In this document: positions 20,534-31,724 of the stretch, piece after piece
Layout of the letters: every line of letters begins with the position of its first letter
How positions within the stretch are numbered: the stretch's first letter is position 1
DNA from: Bdellovibrio sp.
GTDB taxonomy: Bacteria; Bdellovibrionota; UBA1018
Direction: 5' to 3'
DNA: 48,932 bases
NCBI GenBank assembly: GCA_016185105.1
Contig: JACPOE010000010.1
Span: forward strand, 2,370-51,301
Notes under the pieces: generated by a model
The model's input: the letters and a program-made list of their open reading frames with translations, nothing else
The model's database searches: none
What the model was told of the DNA's origin: nothing
Translations under genes and position numbers: made by a program

Positions 20534-20592
20534 GAGGTTAACTCGCTCGAATCAAGGTTGATCTCGACAAAAAATCCTCCTAAAACTTGAGA

Positions 20593-21204
20593 ATGCTAAA
20601 CCGAAGTTCAGATCATACGGCGCTTCTGATGATTGATGTTCAAAAGGGGTTTCTGGATCCGTATTGGGGGAGGAGAAACAATCCCGACGCTGAGAAAAAT
20701 ATTTTCCTTCTTTTGGATCACTTTCGCCGTCACGGACTCCCGGTTGTTCATATTCAACATCTGTCACTAGAAAAGAAGTCTCCGCTTCGTCCCGGTCAGA
20801 CGGGATCTGAATTCATGGACCTCACCTCTCCCAAATGGGGGGAGAGGATTTTTCAAAAGACGGTGAACAGCGCATTTATTGGTACGGGCCTTGAGAGCTA
20901 TCTTAGGCAGGTCGGAATCAATCATTTGAGCATAGTCGGCCTGACCACCGATCATTGTGTTTCAACTACGACTCGAATGGCAGCCAATTTGGGTTTTCAG
21001 GTTGACCTGATCGATGACGCAACAGCTACGTTCGATAGAAAAGCGACCACCGGTGAGTGGATCCCTGCAGAAGTGGTTCATCAAGTTTCTTTGGCAAGCC
21101 TGTCCGGTGAGTTCGCCCAGGTCTTTTCGACGCAAGGCTTCATCTCGTCACTCGACGGAGCTGAAAGTCCTAGAAAAATTACGCCGGTAGACAAATTCTG
21201 CTAG
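20593..21204 (+). CDS. Isochorismatase-family cysteine hydrolase
   Basis: Asp-Lys-Cys triad: ALLMIDVQ, KTVNSAF, TDHCVSTT. Confidence 0.92.
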   Translation: MLNRSSDHTALLMIDVQKGFLDPYWGRRNNPDAEKNIFLLLDHFRRHGLPVVHIQHLSLEKKSPLRPGQTGSEFMDLTSPKWGERIFQKTVNSAFIGTGLESYLRQVGINHLSIVGLTTDHCVSTTTRMAANLGFQVDLIDDATATFDRKATTGEWIPAEVVHQVSLASLSGEFAQVFSTQGFISSLDGAESPRKITPVDKFC

Positions 21205-21236
21205 ATCGCCGATCCAGTTCGAACGAGACTTTCAGT

Positions 21237-22418
21237 ATGACCCGCTTAAGAAAACCGCCTACAGTAGAGTTTTTTGCAAAACTGGTTCTAGGACTGGGAA
21301 TCCTATTTGTTCTTTTGCGTTTGGTTTTCGCAAGTGAAGTCTCAGGTCATCAGCATTACGAAACATTTATGAAAGCGGCTCGGTTGCTTTGGTCCGGATC
21401 AGACCCCTATGAGGTTGATTTGGGCTTTGGCTCTGACTATTGGTTCTACTCGCCTTTTTGTGGCCTTTTCTTTTTTGGGCTATTTGCATTTTTGCCGCCA
21501 AAGTTAGGTGTTTTTCTCTACATGGGGCTTTCCCTCAAAGTCTTATATTCCGGCGTCGTTCGCTTTTCTAGAAACTATGCCGTCCAGTTTCGACTGGTTC
21601 ATTCCCTGCTACTTGTTTCGTTCTTAGCAGGGGCTGTTTCTTGGATGAAACTCGAAGTTTTTATCGTGGGAGTGCTTCTTTCAGCCTTTGCTCGTTTGAT
21701 GCAAGAAGAGAAACGAGGTTGGATTCTTTCAGGAGCCTTGCTGGCTTTAATTACACAATGGAAATTTCAGACACTCCCGGTTCTAGGCCTCCTGGGCCTA
21801 GCCGGTGGCTGGGATAGACCTAGATTCAAAGCCTTTTGGGGAACCTTCTTTTCAGTCCTTTTACTTCTTTTCCTAATTCCCTCTGGGATTTTAGGATGGG
21901 ATGAAAATCTGGCAATTCATTCTCATTGGGTTTATTCGCTTAGCCGAAGTGTTGAGAACCGTTGGATTGGAATGGAAAATATCTATCATGTGATTCATTC
22001 CATTCGTCCGTCATTCTGGGACACGATTTCCTACAAACCGATTTTCCTGGGTGCCGCATTACTCCTTGCCTTAGCCGTGCTTTTCAATAGGGGACGACGC
22101 GACGAGACTGCTGCCCAAGCGTGGTTTCGAGCATTGGCTTGGGGCTCCTGGTTCACCGTCGTCTTTGGGCCTTTGCATCAAAACAATGCAAATATTTTAA
22201 TCTTTCCGTTCCTCCTCTATTTGGGACAGGGAGTGCTTCTTTGGTTCTGCTTTCTTATTTTCGGCTTTTCAAATCAGATGGAATTCATCCAAAAAGTAGC
22301 AGTATCAGGAAGGCTTATCCCTCTAAAACCCCTTGTTTCCAGTATCCTTTTTGCCTTTCAAACTCGCCCCATGTCATGGCGACGTTCGGGGCCACCCCAC
22401 CGAAAATCGAGGAGTTAA
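21237..22418 (+). CDS. GT87/DUF2029-like polytopic membrane glycosyltransferase
   Basis: AARLLWSGSDPY, WFYSPF and LITQWK motifs with many TM segments. Confidence 0.65.
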   Translation: MTRLRKPPTVEFFAKLVLGLGILFVLLRLVFASEVSGHQHYETFMKAARLLWSGSDPYEVDLGFGSDYWFYSPFCGLFFFGLFAFLPPKLGVFLYMGLSLKVLYSGVVRFSRNYAVQFRLVHSLLLVSFLAGAVSWMKLEVFIVGVLLSAFARLMQEEKRGWILSGALLALITQWKFQTLPVLGLLGLAGGWDRPRFKAFWGTFFSVLLLLFLIPSGILGWDENLAIHSHWVYSLSRSVENRWIGMENIYHVIHSIRPSFWDTISYKPIFLGAALLLALAVLFNRGRRDETAAQAWFRALAWGSWFTVVFGPLHQNNANILIFPFLLYLGQGVLLWFCFLIFGFSNQMEFIQKVAVSGRLIPLKPLVSSILFAFQTRPMSWRRSGPPHRKSRS

Positions 22419-22530
22419 CCCCGAATTAGGAACTTTCCACACCCAAATTGCAAATCGCCGCACTTCGTTGTATCAATAACCCTTCTAAACATCGGCCAAT
22501 CCCAAATTGTTGCCGATTCCACGACCTTGC

Positions 22531-22620
22531 GGAGAGATGGCTGAGTGGTCGAAAGCGTCGGTTTTGAAAACCGATGTGGGGGTAACCCCACCGGGGGTTC
22601 GAATCCCTCTCTCTCCGCCA
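22531..22620 (+). tRNA. tRNA-Ser (anticodon TGA)
   Basis: Acceptor stem GGAGAGA/TCTCTCC, discriminator G, encoded CCA, anticodon arm TCGGT-TTTGAAA-ACCGA, long variable arm and GGTTCGAATCC T-loop. Confidence 0.97.
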
Positions 22621-22699
22621 TATGTGGAAAATTATAAAGATAAAAACCAGAGGTTTTTGTTCCTCAGAGGGATTCGGATGCCGGCTATTCAATTTGAGC

Positions 22700-23194
22700 T
22701 TATTTCCTGTCCACGATGCAACCGTAAGACCACGTGAATCTTTGGTTCACAGTTACGTACCAGCTCTGTCTAGCGTCAAAATTTGAGTCGAGAGTCACTT
22801 CATCGTTTGGAGTATAGCAGTGCCAAGACTTCGAAGTGATTTGTTGATCATCTGCGAATTCAAAAGAGCCCTTGCCGTTGCCTCGGCTAAAAACCTTAGC
22901 CAACTCGTCCCGAGAAATAATATAATTCTGTTCTTCTCCATTTTTGATTTGTCCGGACAAACGCATACATCTGTCTTCGGTACTAATGGGGCCGTCACCA
23001 CTGGGCATGGGCGAACAAAAGAATGCAGTTAAAACTGGCTTCACTCGGTCACTCCCCATTTGTTGCTCAGGAAGGGCATTTCTGACTGTCAGGACGAGGC
23101 CTGAAGTCACACTTGAAAGTTCTTGTTTTGAAGGGTTTTGCTTTCCGCACGCACTCGCCAAAACTAGGATAACTACTGCACAAATCTTTTTCAT
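22700..23194 (-). CDS. Hypothetical lipoprotein
   Basis: MKK + hydrophobic stretch + LASAC lipobox; four further Cys in the mature part. Confidence 0.7.
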   Translation of the reverse strand: MKKICAVVILVLASACGKQNPSKQELSSVTSGLVLTVRNALPEQQMGSDRVKPVLTAFFCSPMPSGDGPISTEDRCMRLSGQIKNGEEQNYIISRDELAKVFSRGNGKGSFEFADDQQITSKSWHCYTPNDEVTLDSNFDARQSWYVTVNQRFTWSYGCIVDRK

Positions 23195-23477
23195 ACCTGT
23201 ACTCCAACCAGTTAATAATAACGTGGTCAACTGATATAAGAGGCCACAGTTAAAATTAATTTTTTATATTCTACTTGTTTAATACTCCACTTAACTTTCT
23301 CTACTTTTTCAGTTTCTATATATTCAAAATAATTTCCTCGCAATAAGACTTTCAACTCGAAAGTGATCCAGATTTGACAAGCTCAATATTCTGATATAAA
23401 TACTCAGTTAATTTCCACGGTCGAACCTACACCACGAATTTTCCACCCAGACCCTCTATTATTGAGAACGAAATAAA

Positions 23478-24839
23478 ATGCGCTTTCTGGTCGCTCCATT
23501 CTTGCTGGTATTAGGGCTACTCTTCTGCTCGACGGAAGCGCTTGCTGACGTCCGCACCGACCGATTTAAGGATTTGACCGGCAAGTCCTATGAGATCAAG
23601 TGCCAAGGGAACACCCAAGGCCTTCCATGCGTAATCTTAGGCAAAATTAACGAAAGAGTACAAAATCCTAACTTTGAAAAAGTGCTCCAACCCCTCCTGG
23701 CTCAGATGCCTGCGACGTGGGGGGAAAACTCACGCGACGTCACCCACCTTTTGGAGAGGTGGACCGGAGCCAGTTATTTTCTACAACACGGTCGCGAAAC
23801 CAAATTCACCTACCAGCTCGAGGCATTCCTTCCACCGCTTTTGTGTGCTGAAGCCAATAAGGAAGCGATTTTAAACCAGTGCAAAGCTTCTGGTCGCTAT
23901 CCGTTTGTTACCTTGACGCCTGAGTGCAGAGTTCAAACGGACCAATCGCTCATGAAGGTCGGCTATACTTCTGATTACGGTTGTGAGCAGCTGCTACTTC
24001 TATTTCCAGGAGCTTCGATTGGGGAGGGGGCCTTCAAGAAGGCCTTTATGGCTTTCCTGTTTGATTCTTTCAACATCGTCACTTTACTTGAGTTCAAAAC
24101 TCCTTATGAGTCTTTAAGTGATTCCGAAAGAAGCAGGGTCGACACAGAACTAGAAGTTTTAGAGCTGATTCGTGAAAGTCAAAAATCAAAATCCCGGGTT
24201 GCGGGCCTGCCAACAATATACGGGGCCGACCACCGAAGAATTTACATGGAGTATTTTCCGACCGACTTAGAAGCCCTGCTTAAAACTTCAGTTGGGCAGC
24301 CTCTGCTAGGCGAAGGCTGGAAAGTCATCGCAAGTGAAATCAATCATGCCTTGGTTTACCTGCATTCTCAGGGAATCGTTTTTAACGATGTAAAACCGGG
24401 AAATATTTTGGTCGACCCGCTGACACTTCATGCGACCCTTACCGATTTTGGACTTTCAAAATTTTTAAAAAACCATTTTGACCAGCTCATTGGATGGGCA
24501 TTGGATCCTCACCCTGCGGAAAGACCCAGCATTCAGGAGTTTTCAAATAAGTTTGACGAAATATTAAGAACTCCTACACCTCCCAATCCGGAGAACCTCA
24601 CCCCGCCAGAAATGATTTATGTAACGAAGAGGCCGTCATTAGGGGTCGAAAACGAAGAAAGCCCCGTTTCCGTCAGGAACTCTTTCAAGAATTCGGCCAA
24701 GAAGAAGAGACCAAAAAAAGAACCATTGTCTCCTAGAAAGAGAAACAATAGAACGCCTTCGCCGACAAATGCTCAACAGGATCATTTAAACAATGTTCCT
24801 TCTAAAAAGTTCAGGTCTATCCCTCTTAAGTTGAAATAG
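23478..24839 (+). CDS. Secreted Hanks-type Ser/Thr protein kinase-like protein (non-RD); C-lobe partly missing
   Basis: Signal peptide ending ALA; IGEGAFKKA, IYMEY, HSQGIVFNDVKPGNIL, DFGLS, PAERPS; no APE or subdomain IX. Confidence 0.8.
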   Translation: MRFLVAPFLLVLGLLFCSTEALADVRTDRFKDLTGKSYEIKCQGNTQGLPCVILGKINERVQNPNFEKVLQPLLAQMPATWGENSRDVTHLLERWTGASYFLQHGRETKFTYQLEAFLPPLLCAEANKEAILNQCKASGRYPFVTLTPECRVQTDQSLMKVGYTSDYGCEQLLLLFPGASIGEGAFKKAFMAFLFDSFNIVTLLEFKTPYESLSDSERSRVDTELEVLELIRESQKSKSRVAGLPTIYGADHRRIYMEYFPTDLEALLKTSVGQPLLGEGWKVIASEINHALVYLHSQGIVFNDVKPGNILVDPLTLHATLTDFGLSKFLKNHFDQLIGWALDPHPAERPSIQEFSNKFDEILRTPTPPNPENLTPPEMIYVTKRPSLGVENEESPVSVRNSFKNSAKKKRPKKEPLSPRKRNNRTPSPTNAQQDHLNNVPSKKFRSIPLKLK

Positions 24840-25004
24840 CACCACCTACAGAAGTTATGCGAATGGGCAAGAAGGCCCCTGCCACCCCTCAACTGAGAAA
24901 GGTGAGTTTCATACCGTTGTGGAACTTCCACATGTTGTACCTGCGCTGGCCCTTCCCTTTAAGTTTGAATGGCGTGATTAATAGCGCGTACAACGCTTGG
25001 TTTT

Positions 25005-25589
25005 CTAAACCACCTTGCAAACATCCTCAAAGTTAAGCCGGGGTGCTCGAGGATAGATTTTAGAGTGATCGCCAAACCCGATGTTACAAAGAAAATTAGC
25101 TTTCCAGGTTGTTCCTTGGAAAAATATCTCGTCTACCTTAGCGGCATTAAATCCCGACATCGGGCCAACATCTAGGCCCAAAGCGCGTGCAGCAAGGATC
25201 AAATAGCCCCCCTGAATCGCGCTATTGCGAAACGCTGTAGCTTCGCTTAACGCCGAGTTCGACTTGTAAGCTGTCTTGTAGTCAAAGTGAGGAGAAAGAA
25301 AATCCAACTTTTCATACCAGATCGTATCGAAGGCAATGATTGCACAAACTGGGGCGGCGCGCGTTTTCTCAACATTCTTTGGCAACAAGCACGGCACCAG
25401 CTTTTCTTTGGCTTCGGCCGATTGCAAGAACAGGAGCCGCATAGGGGCCCCGTTGACACAAGTAGGTGCCCATTTGATCAGATCGTAGAGTTGGCGTAGT
25501 ATTTTTTCATCCAAAGCTCGGTCCTGCCAACCATGATGAGTATGCGCTTCGGTAAAAAGGTGATCCAATTCAGACTTAGAAAAAGCCAT
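25005..25589 (-). CDS. Nitroreductase family, RutE-like malonic semialdehyde reductase
   Basis: LFTEAHTH, WAPTCVNGAPMR, FRNSAIQGGYLILAARALGLDVGPMSGF and PRAPRL. Confidence 0.9.
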   Translation of the reverse strand: MAFSKSELDHLFTEAHTHHGWQDRALDEKILRQLYDLIKWAPTCVNGAPMRLLFLQSAEAKEKLVPCLLPKNVEKTRAAPVCAIIAFDTIWYEKLDFLSPHFDYKTAYKSNSALSEATAFRNSAIQGGYLILAARALGLDVGPMSGFNAAKVDEIFFQGTTWKANFLCNIGFGDHSKIYPRAPRLNFEDVCKVV

Positions 25590-25734
25590 TTTTCCCCCCT
25601 TGCAAAAAAGCAATTATGGATCACATTCCGCATGGCTATTCCATTGAATTTTTCGTTGGGTTCTCAAGCTTGAGATCACACTGCCTCCCAGCTGAAGGCT
25701 TATACCGGCTCGGCACTGCCCTAATTCAAAAGAA

Positions 25735-27090
<1,356 letters not shown>

Positions 27091-27133
27091 CTAACACAAC
27101 CTGAATGGCGTGACTACTCCCGCAAAACACCTG

Positions 27134-30100
27134 CTAGAGGCAGTTTTGAAAGTCACCTTTATCTGGGGCGTCCGGCTCCATAGCCAGATAGTTTCGAAAA
27201 GCCACACACGCGCTTTGGGCATCACCCATGTCTCGGTAAACCGTCCCCAGGCGTCTAAATAGAATCGGATTTCCCTTGTCGATGGCAATCGCTGAACGAA
27301 TGAGGCTAAGGGCTGCCTGAAAATTTCTTAAATAGTAGTTTGCCCAACCCGCATTCTGTTTCGCCTCGGCAGAGGCCGGATTGATCTGCATCACTTTAGT
27401 GAACTGAGCTAAGGCCTCTTGGGGGCGCTCTAGTTCCAAGAGTTCCTTTCCGTAAGCCAAGAGCGTCTGTGGACTGTCAGGGTTGTTTTGAAGCTCTTTT
27501 TTGTGTTCCTCCGCTGCAACCTTGTGGTTCCCCTGCACGGAATACAAAGCACCCATGTAGTAGTGCAGGTTAGGATATTTTGGATAAATTTCATAAATCC
27601 GGTTGAGTTCATCTTTGCCATTTTCAAATTCAGCTTTTTTGACGAAGATCTTATACCGTTCTAAATAGCCGATTGGATCCGAAGGGTTCCTCTCAGAATA
27701 GGATTTATAAGCACTCAATGCTTTTGTAAGCGCGGTTTTATCCGTATTTTCGGAGTTCATGTAAATTTGTGCCTGAAGCTTCCACGAATAAGCGTAAACT
27801 GGATTGGCCTTGATCGCCTGATCGACATAGTTCTGAGCCTCACCCCAAGCACCTTTTTGCATATAGAGTTCGGCAATGGCTGCCAAAAACTCAGCACGGG
27901 CATTGGCACGACGAGAGAGTTGATCTTGTAATGACGAAATCGCCCGATCAATCGATTCTGTCTCGGCCACACACTTGGCAATGTCGATCAAGGTTGAAAT
28001 ATTCAGTGGGTCAAAACGCAAAGACAAAGCAAAAAAGAAAGGCGCGTCTTTGAAGTTCTTAGTAGCCATCAGACTTTTTGCATAAGCGGAATAGACATCG
28101 GAATCAATACTTTCACGTGCCATCGCTTTACGGTAGAAAGTCTGTGCCTCGGCATACTTCCCCTGCTTTTGATAGAGGTCAGCCGCAGCTTTATCGATAG
28201 AGCTTTGTGCTACCGGCAGTTTTCGGAATCGATCCATAGCCTTGGTGGCTTCTTCCCACTCATAGCTTTGAATTAGAGTCCGAATATACTTTGACCAAAC
28301 CAAAATATTGTTGGGTGCGCGCTCTGCCGCCATTTTGTAGTTCTTTTTCGCATTCTCAACATCATATAGTTCTGCAAACATGTCCCCAATTTTCAACAAA
28401 GGAAGGGGAGACGAGTCATTAGCTTGTCTCGCCTGCAATAGCGGAGATAGGGCTTCTTGGTAGCGACCTTGTCCAATTAGCCGCTCACCTTCTCCAAGAA
28501 AGTAGTACATCCGTGCCTGTTTTTGAGCGGTTTCTAACGAACCGCCCGACCTAGCCTGCAATGTGTACATTTCTAAGAGATAATCGTGATTGTCTGGATC
28601 TAATTTGGAAGCACGTTCGATATCGCCAAGAGCAATGTCCCATTTCTGGTAAAGCTCCGAGAGCTGCGCATGGAGGTAATAGGCCAGTCCCAGATCCCTG
28701 GGAGCCAAAAGACCTGAATTTGTAATTAGAAAATCGATGTGATTTGCAGCCTCTTTGAGCTGGCCTTTTCTAGAGAGCAAGGTTGCAACTCTAAGTCTGG
28801 ATTTCGCATGTCTTGCGTTAAATTTCAGTGCTTTTTGATATTCGAGCATGGCTGATTCAAAGTCGTTTAGTTTTTCTGCGATCAGCCCTCGAAGAAAGAA
28901 AACCTTTGCACTAAATGCTTTACTCTCTGGGAAATTGTTAATTGCTTGGGCGGCAGCTACAGCATCGTCTTTTGCATATTTTGCCAGCGCTAAATAATAA
29001 AAGAGTTCGATGCCGAAAGGTTGATGGACTAGGGTATACTCCTCTAATCGACTCAAGGCAGCATCTGCTTTGTTTACTACCAAGTAAAATTCCACATCAG
29101 CGATAACAGTCTCGGGCAAATCCAATTGTTTAGCTCGAGACAAATCGATGAGTTTAGATAAAACTACAAAATAGTTCTCATCTTTATTGGAAGAATCAAT
29201 CAGGTTGATGTAACTCGACGCGAGCATTGCAAGGGCTTTAACGTTCGTATTATCGCGGCTAGCAGCTTTTCTAAATTTCTCTGCCGCATTCTCATAACCC
29301 TCTACTGTATCCTGAAGATAGAGTTTCACCCCCTCACCGTAGAGACGCATACTCTCTGAAGGATCGGCACGCCCCTGCTCAAAAGTAGGAAGCTTCGGGC
29401 GAATTGCCTCCCTGCGAACAACTGCTGAAGACGGTGGTTCCGTCTGAACTAAGAAGACATAGGCGAGACCCGCCAGTGCCACTCCTACTGCAATTTCCTT
29501 TGCATAATCTTTAACGCTTTTTTTCCGTTTACCGGGAAGCTTCACGCTCTCGGTTGACCTTTGAAAAATAACAGTGCTTTCATGGCTTAGGTTTCGTACG
29601 GGCTCACCCGCCAGGTCGACGGCAGGTTCTTGTTCGGCCTGCTGGGCTTCACCTTTGAGGTCCTCCTCTGAAGCAACCCGGGTCCGATCTTCTTCCTGCG
29701 TCGAAGTGGCGGTGAGAGAAGTTCCCATTTGAGTTTTTTCACCAACGTCTTCCTGCTGCGTTGGCGAGGGATCGGGAGGAGGGGGTGCTGGAGGAGCTGG
29801 CGGCAGTTCCTCTTCTAAGGCTAGAGGAATCGTCCCAAGGACACCTAAATCCAGGGGAGCAGCTCCGGGGAGTAAGTCTCCTTCCAAGAGCGTCGTCGCA
29901 CCAAATGGATTTACGCTCGCTGGAACATCTTCTTTCTTGAGCGCCCCTGTAATTTTGGCTACCAAAAGTTCCGCGATTTCTGGAATCTGGTTTATTCCGA
30001 GCCACTCGCCATCTGGGTGTCTACGGGCAGTTTCGGCTCCGGTAACTTGATTTTTGAGAATGAGAAGCTTGACCCTATCTAAATCGATAGGCCCAAGAAC

Positions 30101-30160
30101 CCGTCCAGAGACAAGTTTGATCTTATAATGGTGATTTTGACTCTGTCCTTCAGAGCCCAT
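27134..30160 (-). CDS. Large membrane-anchored TPR-repeat protein
   Basis: N-terminal GYF_2-like segment (GRVLGPIDL..GEW), Pro/Glu-rich linker, one TM (IAVGVALAGLAYVFLV), then many TPR-like repeats. Confidence 0.8.
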   Translation of the reverse strand: MGSEGQSQNHHYKIKLVSGRVLGPIDLDRVKLLILKNQVTGAETARRHPDGEWLGINQIPEIAELLVAKITGALKKEDVPASVNPFGATTLLEGDLLPGAAPLDLGVLGTIPLALEEELPPAPPAPPPPDPSPTQQEDVGEKTQMGTSLTATSTQEEDRTRVASEEDLKGEAQQAEQEPAVDLAGEPVRNLSHESTVIFQRSTESVKLPGKRKKSVKDYAKEIAVGVALAGLAYVFLVQTEPPSSAVVRREAIRPKLPTFEQGRADPSESMRLYGEGVKLYLQDTVEGYENAAEKFRKAASRDNTNVKALAMLASSYINLIDSSNKDENYFVVLSKLIDLSRAKQLDLPETVIADVEFYLVVNKADAALSRLEEYTLVHQPFGIELFYYLALAKYAKDDAVAAAQAINNFPESKAFSAKVFFLRGLIAEKLNDFESAMLEYQKALKFNARHAKSRLRVATLLSRKGQLKEAANHIDFLITNSGLLAPRDLGLAYYLHAQLSELYQKWDIALGDIERASKLDPDNHDYLLEMYTLQARSGGSLETAQKQARMYYFLGEGERLIGQGRYQEALSPLLQARQANDSSPLPLLKIGDMFAELYDVENAKKNYKMAAERAPNNILVWSKYIRTLIQSYEWEEATKAMDRFRKLPVAQSSIDKAAADLYQKQGKYAEAQTFYRKAMARESIDSDVYSAYAKSLMATKNFKDAPFFFALSLRFDPLNISTLIDIAKCVAETESIDRAISSLQDQLSRRANARAEFLAAIAELYMQKGAWGEAQNYVDQAIKANPVYAYSWKLQAQIYMNSENTDKTALTKALSAYKSYSERNPSDPIGYLERYKIFVKKAEFENGKDELNRIYEIYPKYPNLHYYMGALYSVQGNHKVAAEEHKKELQNNPDSPQTLLAYGKELLELERPQEALAQFTKVMQINPASAEAKQNAGWANYYLRNFQAALSLIRSAIAIDKGNPILFRRLGTVYRDMGDAQSACVAFRNYLAMEPDAPDKGDFQNCL

Positions 30161-30193
30161 GCTTGCCGTCCCTCCGTGGAGGCAAATCCAAAA

Positions 30194-31699
30194 TTACATT
30201 CCAATTACAGCTTTTTTAGCAATGTTGACCATTCTCTCAGGAATCAATCCTACTTGTAGAGTCAACACAACCATCGCTGCTACCGCCACACCAGCCCAAA
30301 TTGAAACTCGCAATGTCTGCGGGCTTCCAATGGGTTCATGCATATACATATAAACAAGTACTCTTAGATAATAATACACGGAAACAGCGCTACAGAGCAC
30401 TGCAATTACTACTAGGCTAATTTCTCCCGCCTGAACCGCAGAGGAAAAAAGAAGGTACTTAGCGGCAAATCCTGCCGTCGGGGGAATTCCTGCCATCGAA
30501 AGAAGAAATACCGACAACGCAAAAGCGAGTATAGGGTGGCGCCTGGAAAGTCCTGAAAGATCATGGAGATTCAAGCCTGAATCGTCTTTTCCCGAGAGAA
30601 GAGTGAGCACGGCAAAGGCACCCAGATTCATAATGGCGTAGGCGACCACGTACATAGTACCAGCTGCAAAACCAAGTTCACTTCGAGTCCCGGTAACAAA
30701 TCCAACTAGAAGATATCCAGTGTGAGCTATCGAGGAATAAGCCAACATTCTCTTTAGGTTAGTTTGGGTTAGGGCTACAAAATTTCCAATCACCATCGTC
30801 AGAACTGCACAGACCCAGAAGATGTCATGAAAATGACGTTGAACCACTTCGGTGGCACCTTGAGCTAGACCCAGATTGATAAAAACACGAAAGAAAGCCG
30901 CAAATGCCGCAGCCTTGAGTCCTGTTGTCATAAATCCCGTCACAGGAACGGGAGCTCCTTCATAAACATCCGGCATCCACATATGAAAGGGCGCCGCTGC
31001 AACTTTAAAGAGAAACCCAAAAACAACCATGGCCACACCCAGCACAAAGACCGGGGTAACCGCCGCAGGTTCTGCTTGAGCCAAGTGAACTACGCCCTTA
31101 ATCGCTGTTGTTCCTGTACAACCATAGAGCAGTGCGGTTCCATAGAGCAAAACCGCGGAAGCGGCCGAGCCCAAAATAAAATACTTCATCGCAGCTTCGT
31201 TACTTCTTCGATCAGCCCGTCTAAAACCTACCAGCACGTAGACCGCCAATGACATAAGCTCTAGCGCGATAAACAACACGATAAAATCCAACGCTGAAGC
31301 CAAGAGCATCATGCCCAGCACTGAAAACAAAATCAAAACATTATACTCAGGAAGTTGAAGCCCTTCGCGGTCGAGGTACCGGAAGGAGACCATCACACTC
31401 AGTGCTGCAGCTAAAAGAAACACGGTGTTGAAGAAATTAGAAAAGGAATCCGCCGCCATCATTCCATTGAATAGGGTTACGGGTCCTTCAGGAATCAAGC
31501 CGATTGAAACCCAAACACCGGCAAAGAGTGTTGCAAGCGTTATAATAAAAACTGGCCACTTCGGACTCAGCTTTTTTAAAACGCTACCCAGCATCGCAAC
31601 AATAGCCCCTCCGAATACCACGAAGTAGGGCATGAGAACTCGGATCTGCTCCTCACTCATTGTGAGCAATTCGGGCCGTATGGTTTTGAGAGGTTCCAT
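30194..31699 (-). CDS. nuoN: NADH-quinone oxidoreductase subunit N
   Basis: ALELMSL, FKVAAAPFHMWMPDVYEGAP, KRMLAYSSIAH and GFAAKY. Confidence 0.95.
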   Translation of the reverse strand: MEPLKTIRPELLTMSEEQIRVLMPYFVVFGGAIVAMLGSVLKKLSPKWPVFIITLATLFAGVWVSIGLIPEGPVTLFNGMMAADSFSNFFNTVFLLAAALSVMVSFRYLDREGLQLPEYNVLILFSVLGMMLLASALDFIVLFIALELMSLAVYVLVGFRRADRRSNEAAMKYFILGSAASAVLLYGTALLYGCTGTTAIKGVVHLAQAEPAAVTPVFVLGVAMVVFGFLFKVAAAPFHMWMPDVYEGAPVPVTGFMTTGLKAAAFAAFFRVFINLGLAQGATEVVQRHFHDIFWVCAVLTMVIGNFVALTQTNLKRMLAYSSIAHTGYLLVGFVTGTRSELGFAAGTMYVVAYAIMNLGAFAVLTLLSGKDDSGLNLHDLSGLSRRHPILAFALSVFLLSMAGIPPTAGFAAKYLLFSSAVQAGEISLVVIAVLCSAVSVYYYLRVLVYMYMHEPIGSPQTLRVSIWAGVAVAAMVVLTLQVGLIPERMVNIAKKAVIGM

Positions 31700-31724
31700 G
31701 TTTCGACTTCCTTCCTAACAGGAT

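Noticed and set aside
22531-22620. Selenocysteine or suppressor tRNA because of TGA
   Set aside because: TGA is the anticodon read 5'-3' and decodes UCA (Ser); tRNA-Sec would have TCA and an 8-bp acceptor stem.
22415-22737. ORFs 22415..22621, 22426..22692 and 22507..22737
   Set aside because: Shadow ORFs overlapping tRNA-Ser.
22621-25700. Prophage or integrative element at tRNA-Ser
   Set aside because: No integrase, phage genes or duplicated tRNA 3' end seen.
29760-29812. G-rich repeat-like tract
   Set aside because: Explained by the Pro-rich linker (PPAPPAPPPPDP) of the TPR protein.
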